From assembly GCA_035454885.1 (NCBI GenBank), contig DATIGE010000038.1, forward strand, positions 55,239 to 119,238: 64,000 nt of DNA, read 5' to 3'. The stretch's first letter is position 1. The number at the start of each line of letters is the position of its first letter. Origin of the DNA: a bacterium (GTDB lineage Bacteria; UBA10199; JACPAL01; GCA-016699445). Below, in pieces: positions 1 through 10,415 of the stretch. A model generated the notes under the pieces. The model was not told the DNA's origin. It was given only the letters and a program-made list of their open reading frames with translations, and did no database searches. A program made the translations under genes and the position numbers.

Positions 1-1830
1 CCCCGTGTTGACCTCCCCTCCGCCGAAACCGCCGATCGCGGCGTAGTAGTATTTGATGTCCGGCCGGCCCATCATATAGGCCTCCGCCTTCTTCATGACC
101 TCGTCGGTCGCGCCGATGGAGGACCCGATGGGCGTCTGGAGGCGGATCAGGAAGCGGCCTTCGTCCTGAGGCGGCACGAATTCCTTCCGGATGAACTGCG
201 TGAGAAAGAGCGACCCCGCGAAGAGAACAGAGGCCGCGACAATGACCGTCCAGCGGCGGCCGAGCAGGATTTCCAAGGAACGGCGGTAGGCCTTCGCGAG
301 CCGGTCCATGAGGGCGTCCACGTTCCGGGCGAGCCAGTTGGCATGGCCCACTTCGAGGTATTGCGAGCACCGCATCGGGGCGAGCGTCAGGGCCTCGAGA
401 AGGGAAAGCAGGACTGCGACGGTCATCGTTACGCCGAACTGATAGAAGAACCGCCCCATGATCCCCTTCATGAAGACGACGGGAAGGAAGATGGCCAGGA
501 TCGCGACGGTGGAGGCCATGGCGGCGAAGGTGATCTCGCGCGCCCCGACGATCGCCGCGCGGATGCGGGACTGGCCGTGCTCCCGGTGGCGGACGATGTT
601 TTCCAGCACCATAATGGCGTCGTCGACCACGATGCCGATGGCGAGCGAGAGGCCGAGCAGCGTGAACGTGTTGAGGGTGAACCCCATGAAGTAGAGGATC
701 GTGAAGGCCCCGATCACCGACGTGGGAATGGCCAGCAGCACGTTCAAGGTCGAGCTCCAGGATCCTAAGAAAAGCCAGCAGACCAGGGCGGTCAGGAGGG
801 CGGACAGGATCAGCGTGAAGTTGAGCTCGTGCGTGGATTGCTCGATGTAGCGCGTGCTGTCGAAGACGATGTTGAGGTGCATCCCCTCGGGTAGGTTCTT
901 TTGAAGGGATGCGATCCGCTCCTTGACGCCGCGGGCGACCTCGACGGCGTTCGAGCCGCGCTGTTTCTTGACTCCCAGACCGACGGCCGGCTTGCCTTGG
1001 TGGCGCGAGATGCGGCGGACGTCGTCCAGCCCGTCCTCCACGCTCGCGGCCTCGCCGATACGGATCGTCTTCCAAATGGCCTCCCCGCTGCGCGAGGGGA
1101 TGATGATCCTTTCGAAGTCCCGGGGATTCGCCGCTTCGCCCATGACCCGGACGTTGAGCTCCCGGTCGCCCGTGTCGATGTAGCCGGCGGGGACTTCCTC
1201 GTGCTGCGTTTGGATGGCCGCGATGATGTCCTCGACCGTCAGCTCCAGCGCGTCCATTTTCTCCGAGGAGAGCCAGACGCGCAGGTTCGGGTCGACGTAG
1301 CCGCCCAGGATGACCTCGCCCACGCCGGAGACGGTGGTGAACTGGTTTTTCAAAAAATCGTGCGTGTAGGCCATCATCTCCCGGAGCGGCCTGTCCCCCG
1401 AGAGGGCCGCCCACAGGATGGGCTGGTCCTCCGGGTTGGTCTTCGTGACGACCGGAGGGTCGATGTCATTGGGGAGGTCCCGCTGGGCCTGGGTGATCTT
1501 GGTCTGGACCTCTTGGAGGGCGGCGTCGATGTCGCGGGAGAGCTCGAATTCGATCGTGATGTTGGCCCGCCCCTGGCGGGAATTGGAGCTCACCTCCTTG
1601 ATCCCCTCGATCGACATCACCACGTCCTCGATGACGTCGGTGACCTCCGTTTCCATCACCTCGGGAGCCGCGCCCTCCCAGGTGACGGAGACGGTCACGA
1701 CCGGAAAATCGACGTCCGGGAGCTGGCTGATGCCCATGCGTGTGAAGCTCACCCAGCCGAACACGATCAGACCCACCATGATCATCCAGGCAAAAACAGG
1801 ATTCTTGATGGAGAGATCAGAAAGGGTCAT
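1..1830 (-). CDS. RND efflux transporter permease (AcrB/HAE1 family), partial: N-terminal ~610 aa; C-terminus lies beyond window start
   Basis: Reverse-strand translation from ATG (cat at 1828-1830) reads MTLSDLSIKNPVFAWMIMVGLIVFGW...VDDAIMVLENIVRH...FGGGEVNT with no stop to position 1. Typical AcrB N-terminal TM1 and porter domain. Absent from ORF track only because it runs off the edge. Start overlaps the OMF stop (ATGA). Confidence 0.85.
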   Translation of the reverse strand, partial: MTLSDLSIKNPVFAWMIMVGLIVFGWVSFTRMGISQLPDVDFPVVTVSVTWEGAAPEVMETEVTDVIEDVVMSIEGIKEVSSNSRQGRANITIEFELSRDIDAALQEVQTKITQAQRDLPNDIDPPVVTKTNPEDQPILWAALSGDRPLREMMAYTHDFLKNQFTTVSGVGEVILGGYVDPNLRVWLSSEKMDALELTVEDIIAAIQTQHEEVPAGYIDTGDRELNVRVMGEAANPRDFERIIIPSRSGEAIWKTIRIGEAASVEDGLDDVRRISRHQGKPAVGLGVKKQRGSNAVEVARGVKERIASLQKNLPEGMHLNIVFDSTRYIEQSTHELNFTLILSALLTALVCWLFLGSWSSTLNVLLAIPTSVIGAFTILYFMGFTLNTFTLLGLSLAIGIVVDDAIMVLENIVRHREHGQSRIRAAIVGAREITFAAMASTVAILAIFLPVVFMKGIMGRFFYQFGVTMTVAVLLSLLEALTLAPMRCSQYLEVGHANWLARNVDALMDRLAKAYRRSLEILLGRRWTVIVAASVLFAGSLFLTQFIRKEFVPPQDEGRFLIRLQTPIGSSIGATDEVMKKAEAYMMGRPDIKYYYAAIGGFGGGEVNTG

Positions 1831-3113
1831 TCAAGCACCTTCGGCGGCACGTCGCCGGTTGCGATCAGGAGCCCCAGGTATTCGAGCTTCGTCTCGTAGT
1901 GGGAGCGATTGGTGTCGAGTCGGCTCTCCTGCCAGTTGCGGAGCGATTGGAGTACGTCCAGGTTATTGACCAGACCGAGGGTGTACTCCTCAAGCTGGGA
2001 GTTGTAGTCGGCTCCGTATTTTTTCTCGGCCTTCCTCAGGGCGGCCTCCCGCGATCTGGCCGACTGAAGTTCGTGATAAGCCTGGCGGATTTCGAGGTCC
2101 GCCTTCCTCCGGCTTTCTTCATGGGCGAGTTCGGATTGCTTGAGACCGGCCGCGGCCTCGCGGATCAGGCCGCGCGTGGCGCCTCCCTTGAAGACGGGAA
2201 CGGTGAGGGCGAAGTTCACGTCCCAGTCGATGTCGCTCAAGAAACCAACGCGGTAGGGGTAATAATTCGCCTCTACATCCACGGTCGGGTAGCGGCCCCC
2301 TTTCTCGTAATCGAGACGGCCCTTGGAGAGCCGGACTTGCTCCTTCGAGGCGTTCACGTCGGGGCGCCGGTCGCCTTGATCCAGAAACGTCTCAAGCCCG
2401 GCTATCTTCGGTACCGGGAACTCGTCGACCAACCGAGCGGTGACCGGTTCGCCGACCAAGAATGCCAAGAAGTCGCGTGCGGAGAGGATCAGACCCTTGG
2501 TCTCCTCCTGGTTGGCCTCGTTCTGCGCCAGCCCCGCCTCCGTCGTGAGAAGCTCGCTCTCGCGCGATTTTCCCAAGAGGATCCGATTTTTAAGATCGTC
2601 GACGCGTTTTTGAAGCGTCGCGCGGAGCGACTGCTCGATCTTAAGCTGATCCTCGAGTTCCAGCACCGTGTAGTAGGCGCGGGCCACGTCGCCGAAGAGG
2701 ATCTGCCGTGCCCGATCGCGTTGGTAGGTGTTCCGGTTTTTTTCCGCGCTGGAGGCCTTGAGGGCGTTGAACTCCCTCAGGCCCTGGAAAAGGGGTTGCT
2801 TCAAATTGACCGCGACCTCGGGACGGCTTCGGCGCGTGAAGGTCTGGCCGACCGACGCGTCTCCGCCGCTGACGGGCGCCGTGTCCTGGAGGAGCTCGTT
2901 GGCCCGGACCTCGATGTGGGGAAGGACGGTGCCCAAGGCTTGAAGGTAGTGCGCCTCGGCGATTTTGATATCTTGCCCTTCCATGGCAAGGGTCTCGCTC
3001 CGTGTGAGGGCGCGCTTGAAGCTCTCCTTGAGCGTCAGGACGCCGCCGTCCGCCCCGGCGGCGGGCGCCGCCAGGCAAACGGCGAGGGTGATGGGGATCA
3101 GTCGCGCTCTCAC
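1827..3113 (-). CDS. Outer membrane efflux protein (TolC/OMF family) with signal peptide
   Basis: 428 aa ORF. N-terminal signal peptide MRARLIPITLAVCLAAPAAGA. Two-repeat OEP architecture with coiled-coil-rich sequence. GTG start at 3113 overlaps tetR stop (GTGA). Stop overlaps RND start. Confidence 0.85.
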   Translation of the reverse strand: MRARLIPITLAVCLAAPAAGADGGVLTLKESFKRALTRSETLAMEGQDIKIAEAHYLQALGTVLPHIEVRANELLQDTAPVSGGDASVGQTFTRRSRPEVAVNLKQPLFQGLREFNALKASSAEKNRNTYQRDRARQILFGDVARAYYTVLELEDQLKIEQSLRATLQKRVDDLKNRILLGKSRESELLTTEAGLAQNEANQEETKGLILSARDFLAFLVGEPVTARLVDEFPVPKIAGLETFLDQGDRRPDVNASKEQVRLSKGRLDYEKGGRYPTVDVEANYYPYRVGFLSDIDWDVNFALTVPVFKGGATRGLIREAAAGLKQSELAHEESRRKADLEIRQAYHELQSARSREAALRKAEKKYGADYNSQLEEYTLGLVNNLDVLQSLRNWQESRLDTNRSHYETKLEYLGLLIATGDVPPKVLE

Positions 3114-3706
3114 GGCAGGACTCCGTGGAGAAAGACGCCGACGTACTCGTCCATGAGTTCTTCGGCGGCGTGCTTCGTGACTTGCGGAACCTTATAGATG
3201 ATCCGCGATTCGATATAACCGAAAACCATCGCCAGAAACGCCAGGGCCTTGGTCTCCGGATCGGATTTTTCCAAAACGCCCGCGTCCATCGCCTTGCGAA
3301 AATAGTCCACCAGGAAACCGGCGACGGCCATCGTCCTCTTCTTAAAAAAGAGGTCGTTGAGCTTGTGGTCTTCCAACGCTGAAAAAAGAAAGAGCCGGAG
3401 GAACGACGGGTCGTCCTCGTGGGTGCGGACGAGCCGCCGCGCGAGCGCCCGGAGCAAGGTTTCGGGGCCCCGATCCGTCGGCAGATCCCCGAGGATGCGG
3501 GGGTTGCTCTCCTCCATTTTTCTTTGGAGGATGGCGTCGTAGAGGCGCTCTTTGTTGGGAAAATGACGAAAGAGGAGCGCCTCGCTGATCCCCGCCTTCC
3601 GCGCGATCCTCCGCGTGGTGGTTCCTGCGAAACCTCCCTGTGAAAACAGGGAGATAGCTGCTTTTAGGATCTTGTCGCGACGCTCTCCGGAAGGGATTTT
3701 TTTCAT
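3110..3706 (-). CDS. TetR/AcrR family transcriptional regulator
   Basis: 198 aa. N-terminal HTH RDKILKAAISLFSQGGFAGTTTRRIARKAGISEALLFRHFPNKERLYDAIL is a classic TetR_N. First gene of the efflux operon. Confidence 0.85.
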   Translation of the reverse strand: MKKIPSGERRDKILKAAISLFSQGGFAGTTTRRIARKAGISEALLFRHFPNKERLYDAILQRKMEESNPRILGDLPTDRGPETLLRALARRLVRTHEDDPSFLRLFLFSALEDHKLNDLFFKKRTMAVAGFLVDYFRKAMDAGVLEKSDPETKALAFLAMVFGYIESRIIYKVPQVTKHAAEELMDEYVGVFLHGVLP

Positions 3707-3827
3707 ACAAGTAAGTGCTTACTTACAAAAGATTAGACTTGCGAGACCGCCAAGTCCAGTTTTTTGACGGCGGTTGACATTCGCACCCTCCTCCGGTAGC
3801 CCTTGGCGCTCTTTTTCGGAGGATTGA

Positions 3828-4013
3828 ATGCCGGTTCCACGCAAGAAAAAGTCGAGGGCGCGCCGCAACAACCGTCGCTCCCATCAGCATCTGGCCAAAC
3901 TTCAGGTGCAAAAGTGCAAGCGCTGCGGCAGCCCGCGCCTCTCCCACCGCGTGTGCCCGTCCTGCGGCTTTCTCGGAGAGGCCGAGGTCTTCCGCATCGA
4001 GGAAGCCAAGTAA
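3828..4013 (+). CDS. rpmF: 50S ribosomal protein L32
   Basis: 61 aa MPVPRKKKSRARRNNRRSHQHL...CKRCGSPRLSHRVCPSCG. L32 family with zinc-ribbon cysteines. Confidence 0.9.
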   Translation: MPVPRKKKSRARRNNRRSHQHLAKLQVQKCKRCGSPRLSHRVCPSCGFLGEAEVFRIEEAK

Positions 4014-4016
4014 CCC

Positions 4017-4256
4017 ATGTCATCCGCGGTCGAGCAACGGGTGAAAGCGATCATCGCAGAACAGCTCGGAGTGTCGGAGGACGAAGTCGGTCCGTCGGAT
4101 TTGATCGTCGACGACCTGGGCGCGGACTCCGTCGACATCGCCGAGCTCATCATGGCGCTTGAAGAAGAGTTCGAGGTCGACATCTCCGATGAGGACGCGG
4201 AAAAGATGAGGAGCGTCAAGGATACCGTCGACTACGTCCGGAAGACCGTCCCATGA
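4017..4256 (+). CDS. acpP: Acyl carrier protein
   Basis: 79 aa with [20 protein letters not shown] phosphopantetheine-attachment Ser motif (DSL/DSV). Confidence 0.9.
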   Translation: MSSAVEQRVKAIIAEQLGVSEDEVGPSDLIVDDLGADSVDIAELIMALEEEFEVDISDEDAEKMRSVKDTVDYVRKTVP

Positions 4257-4705
4257 AACTTCTGATCGCCTCCGATCACGGCGGGTTCGCACTCAAGTCC
4301 CGCATCGTCGCCTTCCTGAGTAAGAGAAAGGTCCATATCGAGGACCTCGGCACGGATTCCGACGGATCCGTCGATTATCCCGACTTTGCCATCAAGGTGG
4401 CCGAGCGTGTCTCGCAGGGCCATGCGGACGCGGGCGTGCTCGTCTGCGGTACGGGCATCGGCATGTGCATCGTGGCCAACAAGTTCAGAAACGTCCGCGC
4501 CGCCGTCGTCAGCGATCCCTATTCTGCGAGAATGGCCAAGGAGCACAACAACGCCAACATCCTCTGCGTGGGCGGCCGCGTGTTGGAGGAGAACGGCAAG
4601 GCCGAAGAGATTCTCGCGGCCTGGCTGGACGCCCAATATCAAGGCGGCCGCCACGACCGCCGGCTGGACAAGATCCGGCAAATCGAAAAACAGAATTTCA
4701 AATAA
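4253..4705 (+). CDS. rpiB: Ribose-5-phosphate isomerase B (RpiB/LacAB family)
   Basis: 150 aa [15 protein letters not shown]...[16 protein letters not shown]... RpiB signature. ATGA overlap with acpP stop. Confidence 0.85.
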   Translation: MKLLIASDHGGFALKSRIVAFLSKRKVHIEDLGTDSDGSVDYPDFAIKVAERVSQGHADAGVLVCGTGIGMCIVANKFRNVRAAVVSDPYSARMAKEHNNANILCVGGRVLEENGKAEEILAAWLDAQYQGGRHDRRLDKIRQIEKQNFK

Positions 4706-5677
4706 TCAAAGCCACTTCTTCTTCCGGAAAAAGTAAATCAGCCCCCCCGCGACCGCCACCAAGAGCCCCAACGTCATGTAGTATCCGTGCTCCCATTCCA
4801 GCTCCGGCATGTGTTTGAAGTTCATCCCGTAGATTCCGGTGATGACGGTCAAGGGCAGCATGATGGCGGCGGAGATCGTCAGGAGTTTCATGACCTCGTT
4901 CGCCTTGTTGGAGGAGGTGAGCAGGTGGGCCTCGATCAGCCCGCCGATGGCGTCCCGGTTGGATTCGGTGCGGTCGGAGATCCTCACCAGGTGGTCCCGG
5001 ACGTTGGAAAGGTAGGGGATTGAGATGGGAAGGACCTCGTCGTAACCTTCCTTGACCAAGCTCATCAGCATGTCGATCTGCTGGGCACAGATTCGCTTCA
5101 AACGCGCCAAGTTCCTCTTAAGACTGAAGATTTCAGGCAGGAGGTTCTTTTCATGCTGTTCCAGGACGTTGTCCTCCAGGACGGCGATCCGGCGGTCGAA
5201 CTGGTCCAGGACGGGCATATAAAGGTTGACCATCTCGTCCAGGAGCCGGGCCATGAGGAAGTCCGCGCTCCGCATCGCAGACTTGGGGTTCCGCTCCGCC
5301 CGCTCCTTCGCCATGGCGGTGCTGCGGAGTTTGGGCTTGTGGTAGGTCACCAGGAAATTCGCCCCCAAAAACATGTCGAGCTCGGCCGTCTTGAATTCCC
5401 GGTCGGCCGACTCCGCCGGCAGTACCTCGTGAAAGATGAGAAAGATGTAATCGCCGTACTGGTCGATCTTGGGCTGGTGTCTCGGAGAGAGACAGTCGTC
5501 GATGGTCAGCGGGTGAAAGTTGAAGGCGACGTCCAGGAGTTCGGTCTCCTCCGGCGTCGGTTTTTCAATGTCCACCCACGTCACGCGTGTCTTGTCGGCG
5601 ACCAGGGCGCGGATCTCGGAGGCGTTCTTCACCTCCTGCATGCCGGAGGTCTCGCTGTAGGTGAAGATCGTCAGCAT
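4706..5677 (-). CDS. corA: Magnesium/cobalt transporter CorA
   Basis: 323 aa. C-terminal two TM helices with YGMNF (GMN) motif: IYGMNFKHMPELEWEHGYYMTLGLLVAVAGGLIYFFRKKKW. Confidence 0.85.
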   Translation of the reverse strand: MLTIFTYSETSGMQEVKNASEIRALVADKTRVTWVDIEKPTPEETELLDVAFNFHPLTIDDCLSPRHQPKIDQYGDYIFLIFHEVLPAESADREFKTAELDMFLGANFLVTYHKPKLRSTAMAKERAERNPKSAMRSADFLMARLLDEMVNLYMPVLDQFDRRIAVLEDNVLEQHEKNLLPEIFSLKRNLARLKRICAQQIDMLMSLVKEGYDEVLPISIPYLSNVRDHLVRISDRTESNRDAIGGLIEAHLLTSSNKANEVMKLLTISAAIMLPLTVITGIYGMNFKHMPELEWEHGYYMTLGLLVAVAGGLIYFFRKKKWL

Positions 5678-5787
5678 ACGGGGATTGTATCGATTTGTAG
5701 CAGACGCCCGGAGACCGGTCCATCCCTTTTGACGGGGAAAAAATTCAGCCCGAGTATTCGCATGTATACGGAACTTGCCGAACTTTC

Positions 5788-5871
5788 TTGACTAAAGCGG
5801 CTCATCCATGTTTTTTATGCCGCCGTAACCTGAGCATAATCAAAACCTAGCATCACGGAGGGGGTTCTAAG
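5788..5871 (+). promoter_or_regulatory. Candidate promoter and strong RBS upstream of first beta-helix array gene
   Basis: TTGACT at 5788-5793 with AT-rich stretch downstream (ttttttatgc, gcataatc). GGAGGGGG Shine-Dalgarno at 5857-5864, 7 nt before ATG 5872. Promoter assignment is tentative. Confidence 0.25.
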
Positions 5872-8151
5872 ATGCAAAATCAATCACGCCGTAACTCCAT
5901 TTTTTTCGCGCTGACCGCGCTGGCTCTTCCGTTCACAGCCTTAACGGCCGGCACCGCTCACGCGGATTGCACGACGCCCGTCACGCACACGGTGACGAGC
6001 CTGGCCGATGACGGCTCGGTGGGCACCCTCCGGCAGCTCATCAACTCGGCGACGGTCGAAGACTGCGACACCATCGACATCCCGGCCGGGACGATCGTCT
6101 ATGACGGGACGGGTCCAGGGCAGATTCAGATTCGAAAGAACATTACCCTCCACGGCGCCGGCGCCGGGACGACCATCATCGACGCCAACGGTCCCAATAC
6201 GGCCGATCGCGCCTTCGAGATCGATCCGGATGACACCGGGGTCGGCGTGACGATGGAAGGGGTTACGGTTCAGAATGGACTCCCCGGCACGGACGGCGGC
6301 GGTATTATCCTCTCAAATAACGGATCCCTGCGACTGATCGACAGCGCGGTGATCGGGAATGAGGCGAGCGGCAATGGCGGTGGAATCCACTTGGATGATG
6401 ACGGAAGTTCATTGACCCTCGATAACTCGGTCATTTCGCACAACATCGCTTCGAGCGACGGTGGCGGCATTTATTTCGCGGGATCGGGCACCTCCGGCAT
6501 TATTGCCAATGGGTCCGTCATTTCCGATAACGAAGCCGGGAGCGAGGGTGGTGGAATCTATCACAGCGACGGCCAGTTGGAGGTCTTCAACAGCAGGATC
6601 ATCGACAACAAGTCGGGCAGTGACGGCGGCGGCATTTCCAATGAATTCGCCGCGATTACCCTGGTCGATTCTGAGATCAGTGGAAATGTGGCGGATTCCA
6701 GCGGCGGCGGTATCTACAACAATTACACGACCTTCATCGATAACTGTGTCATTAGCAATAATAAGACAACCAGCGACAACGACGGCGGCGGCATTTACAA
6801 CGACGACCTCTTATACATTGTCAAGAGCACGGTCTCAGGAAACCGCGCCGAGGGCGACGCCGGCGGGATCTATAACAGTGAAGGGATCACGATCGAAGAC
6901 ACAACGATTTCCGACAACATCGCGGACGTCGATGGAGACAACACGGGTGGCTGCGATGGCGGTTGCGGCGGAGGCATCTACAATAATTTCACCCTGACGC
7001 TCATTCGGAGCATCGTGAGCGGGAATACCTCCAACGGTGAAGCCGACGGCGGCGGGATCTACCAGAATGACTATGCGATCATCGTCGATTCTCTCATAGC
7101 CAACAACACGACAACGAACGGCGACGGCGGGGGCATCAGTGCCTGCAGCGAGCCGACATCAATCCGCAACACGACAATCTCCGGCAATCAGGCGAAGGGT
7201 GAGAGCAATGATGCTAGCGGTGAGGATGCCGAGGGCGGCGGCATATACAACTGCGAGCCGATGGATATCATCAACTCCACGATCGTGAACAATTCCGCCG
7301 ACGGCAGCGGCGGCGGTATCTATAATGACGAAGAGTTGACCCTCAATAACGTCACCATTGCGTTTAATACGGCGGACGCGAACGAGGGCGGCCTTTCCTT
7401 GGGCGACGGCGGCGGTGTTTACAACAACGCGCGGGTCGTCATGGTCAATAGCATCATCGCGGGAAATGCAGATGTCGGTCCGGGCCCCGGCGCCCCGGAT
7501 TGCTTCAATGATTTCAGCGGCGTTTCAAATGAAATGACTGCGGGTGGTCCCAACCTTGTCCAGGACACCTCCAACTGCGAAATCACGGGTTTCAAGGAAT
7601 TGGTTGTGGAGGCCGATCCTCTCTTTGACGCGGCGGGATTGGCCGACAACAGCGGCACCTCTGCGGGCGATCCTGACAGTCTTCTAGTCATCCAAACGGT
7701 CTCGCTCCAAAGCGGGAGCCCGGCCGTTGACGCCGGCGATACAGGGGTCTGTGCGACAACCGACGAGAGAGGTGTCAGCCGTCCCCAGGGAGCCGAATGT
7801 GACCTGGGTGCCGTGGAGGTTGAAGGTGGGGCGGGCCCTATCGACGATGACGACGATGACGACGACGGCGTCCTGGACGTCGACGACAACTGTCCCTCCG
7901 ATGCGAACGCCGACCAGGCCGATACTGACGGGGATGGCGTCGGCGACGCCTGCGACAACTGCGTGGACGATGACAACGCGGATCAGGCCGACGCGGACGG
8001 CGACGGCATCGGCGACGCCTGTGATTCAGGAGGTGGCGGCGGCGGATGCTCGCTCATGACGGCCGGTTCTTCCGGAGGCGGCCTTGTGGGTCTCCTCTCT
8101 CTCATGACCGTAGCGGGGATGTTTATGATCCGAAAGAAATCGTTCAAAAAA
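5872..8151 (+). CDS. Array unit A: secreted CSLREA-like/PbH1 beta-helix repeat protein with TSP3 Ca-binding repeats and full C-terminal GGCSL-TM-RKK sorting tag (no stop codon; continues in-frame into unit B)
   Basis: Signal peptide MQNQSRRNSIFFALTALALPFTALTAGTAHA. N-domain [30 protein letters not shown]. About 15 repeats of [LIV]x[DN]SxIxxNxAxxxGGGIYN. LADNSGTSAGDPDS...GSPAVDAGD...RPQGAECDLGAVE. DDDDDDDG plus DxDxDGxGDxCDNC (thrombospondin type 3) repeats. Tail GGGGGGCSLMTAGSSGGGLVGLLSLMTVAGMFMIRKKSFKK. Part of 1491-aa ORF 5872..10347. Confidence 0.8.
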
Positions 8152-10347
8152 ATGGCGCTCTTGGGCGGATTGGTCCTGCCCTTGATTCCGGCGGTGGCCC
8201 AGGCCGACTGCACGACCCCGGCGACCTTCACGGTCACCAACTGTGGCGACGACGGCTCGGTGGGGACACTCCGCCAGTTGATCCACAGCGCCTCGGTTCA
8301 GGATTGCGACACGATCCAGATCCCGGCCTGTACGATCGTGCTCGACACGGCAGGGTCGACGTTCTTTGCCGAGACGGACGCGAACGCGGACCTGGATGTC
8401 GACAAGAGCATCACGATTCGGGGGGCAGGTCCCGGTAGCACGGTCATCGATGCCGACGGCGCTGTCACAGGCGCCCGCGTCTTTGAAATCGATCCGGACG
8501 ATACCGGCGTTGGCGTTACGTTCCAAGGCCTGACGATCACCGGCGGACAGCCGTCGTCCGGTGAGGGGGGCGGCATTCTGGTCAGCAATCACGGCGTGCT
8601 TACGGTGCTCGATAGCGCCGTTGACGGGAACGACTCGGATACGGTTGCCAGCTCCGCGGGGGGCGGTATCGCCCTGCCGGATGACGGTTCCCTGATTCTG
8701 ACCAACAGTTCGGTCTCCAACAACAAGTCGGGTGATAACGGCGGTGGCCTCTGGTTCTCGTGCGGCGACGCCACCTCGGGAATTATCTCCAACAGCGAAA
8801 TCGACGGAAATACGGCGGTCAGCAACGGCGGTGGCGGCGTCTACATCGACTGCGGAACATTGGAGGTGATCAACAGCCGGATCACGAACAATGTGTCGGA
8901 CGGAAACTATGGCGGCGGTCTTTGGAACGAATACGCTTCCGTGTATGTCCTCAATTCCGACTTTATCGGTAACCGTTCCGAAGGAAGCCAAGGCGGTGGC
9001 ATTGAAAACGACTACACCATCCTGATCGACAATTGCTTGATCCAAGACAACGTGGCGACGAGCTCCTCCGGTTATGGCGGGGGAGTCGCAAACGAGGACG
9101 GCGGGATCATGACCATCATGAACTCGACCATCGACGGTAATCGGGCCGACGACGACGGCGGCGGAATTTACAATGATTATTACGCCGTCAATATCATCAA
9201 TAGCACGATTTCCAACAATGTCGCCGATGCCGACGATGATGGATCCGGCAATGGCGGCGGCATCAGCAACGACGATTGCTATCACCTCTATGTGACCAAC
9301 AGCTTGATCATCAATAACCTGTCCAAAGGTGATATCGGGGGCGGCATTTATCAAGACGGATACGCCATCATCGATAACAGCACCATCGCCGGCAACGTTG
9401 CGGCAAACAATCACGGCGGCGGCATCTATACGGATTGCGAGCCCACGGTGATCCGTAACAGCACGATCTCGGGGAATGCGGCCCTCGGTGACGACGGTTC
9501 TGATGACAGCCAGGGCGGCGGTATTTGGAATACGTACCCCCTGCTCCTCACGAACACCACGATCGCGAACAACCGCGCCGACGGTCATGGCGGCGGAATC
9601 TACTCCGACGATGAAGGTACGAGCCTCAACAATGTCACGATGACCGGCAACGTCGCCGATGCCAATGAAGGTGGCCTCAGTGGCGGCGACGGCGGAGGCA
9701 TTTACAACATTGACCGCGTGGCGGTCACCAACAGCATCCTCGCGGGAAATCTCGACGCCAGCCCCGGCCATGAAGCCCCGGACTGCTACAACAACTTTAC
9801 CATTGACGGAGACAGTATCGAGATCCTTGGCCCCAACCTCATTCAAGACACATCCGGATGCGAACTTCAGGGCCAATTGAGTCTCCTCATAGAAGCGGAT
9901 CCCCTGTTCGCTCCCGCCGGGCTGGCCGACAACGGCGGTTCCGATCAGGGGGACGACCCCAAGGAGCCCGCCAAGACCATCGGTCTCCAAGCCGGGAGCC
10001 CGGCGATCAATGCGGGCGATAATGGGTCCTGCGAACCGACGGATCAGAACGGCGTTGCACGGCCCCAGGGTGACAATTGTGATCTGGGCGCAGTCGAAGT
10101 CTCGGCGGCGGTTGGCCCCGTCGACGACGAGGATGACGACGACGACGGCGTTCTCGACGTGGATGACAACTGCCCCGCTGACGCGAACGCCGACCAGGCC
10201 GATGCGGACGGTGACGGTGTCGGCGACGCCTGCGACAACTGCGTGGACGATGACAACGCCGACCAGGCGGATGCGGATGCCGATGGCATCGGTGACGCCT
10301 GCGATACGGACGGCGGCGGTAGCGGTGGTTGTTCTTTGATTCGATAA
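8152..10347 (+). CDS. Array unit B: paralogous beta-helix repeat protein, TSP3 repeats, truncated tag ending GGCSLIR-stop
   Basis: In-frame ATG at 8152 begins signal peptide [18 protein letters not shown] followed by [29 protein letters not shown]. Same repeat architecture as unit A. Ends ...[17 protein letters not shown] with TAA at 10345-10347. Confidence 0.75.
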   Translation: MALLGGLVLPLIPAVAQADCTTPATFTVTNCGDDGSVGTLRQLIHSASVQDCDTIQIPACTIVLDTAGSTFFAETDANADLDVDKSITIRGAGPGSTVIDADGAVTGARVFEIDPDDTGVGVTFQGLTITGGQPSSGEGGGILVSNHGVLTVLDSAVDGNDSDTVASSAGGGIALPDDGSLILTNSSVSNNKSGDNGGGLWFSCGDATSGIISNSEIDGNTAVSNGGGGVYIDCGTLEVINSRITNNVSDGNYGGGLWNEYASVYVLNSDFIGNRSEGSQGGGIENDYTILIDNCLIQDNVATSSSGYGGGVANEDGGIMTIMNSTIDGNRADDDGGGIYNDYYAVNIINSTISNNVADADDDGSGNGGGISNDDCYHLYVTNSLIINNLSKGDIGGGIYQDGYAIIDNSTIAGNVAANNHGGGIYTDCEPTVIRNSTISGNAALGDDGSDDSQGGGIWNTYPLLLTNTTIANNRADGHGGGIYSDDEGTSLNNVTMTGNVADANEGGLSGGDGGGIYNIDRVAVTNSILAGNLDASPGHEAPDCYNNFTIDGDSIEILGPNLIQDTSGCELQGQLSLLIEADPLFAPAGLADNGGSDQGDDPKEPAKTIGLQAGSPAINAGDNGSCEPTDQNGVARPQGDNCDLGAVEVSAAVGPVDDEDDDDDGVLDVDDNCPADANADQADADGDGVGDACDNCVDDDNADQADADADGIGDACDTDGGGSGGCSLIR

Positions 10348-10415
10348 ATGACATTGGGGGGCGGCCTCGCGGGGCCGTCCCCCTCCATTTGCTCACAACC
10401 CGAGGAGCGACTCTT

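Noticed and set aside
901-1899. 332-aa plus-strand ORF and 1899..3197 (+) 432-aa ORF
   Set aside because: Antisense to the clearly recognisable RND and TolC genes. Asp/Arg/Gly/Leu-rich nonsense composition.
8026-9990. 654-aa minus-strand ORF (and similar 17964..19631, 11466..12338, 12786..13658, 15279..15986) antisense to the beta-helix array
   Set aside because: They are mirror images of GC-rich repetitive coding sequence. Val/Asp/Gly/Ala-dominated low-complexity translations with no motifs. The sense-strand genes have signal peptides, RBSs and coherent domains.
5872-10347. Treating the 1491-aa and 3089-aa ORFs as single giant proteins
   Set aside because: Each contains complete internal signal peptides with Met/Val starts and complete C-terminal sorting tags at ~750-aa intervals. 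They are better described as fused or tandem units. I keep the single-polyprotein possibility as a hypothesis in the findings.
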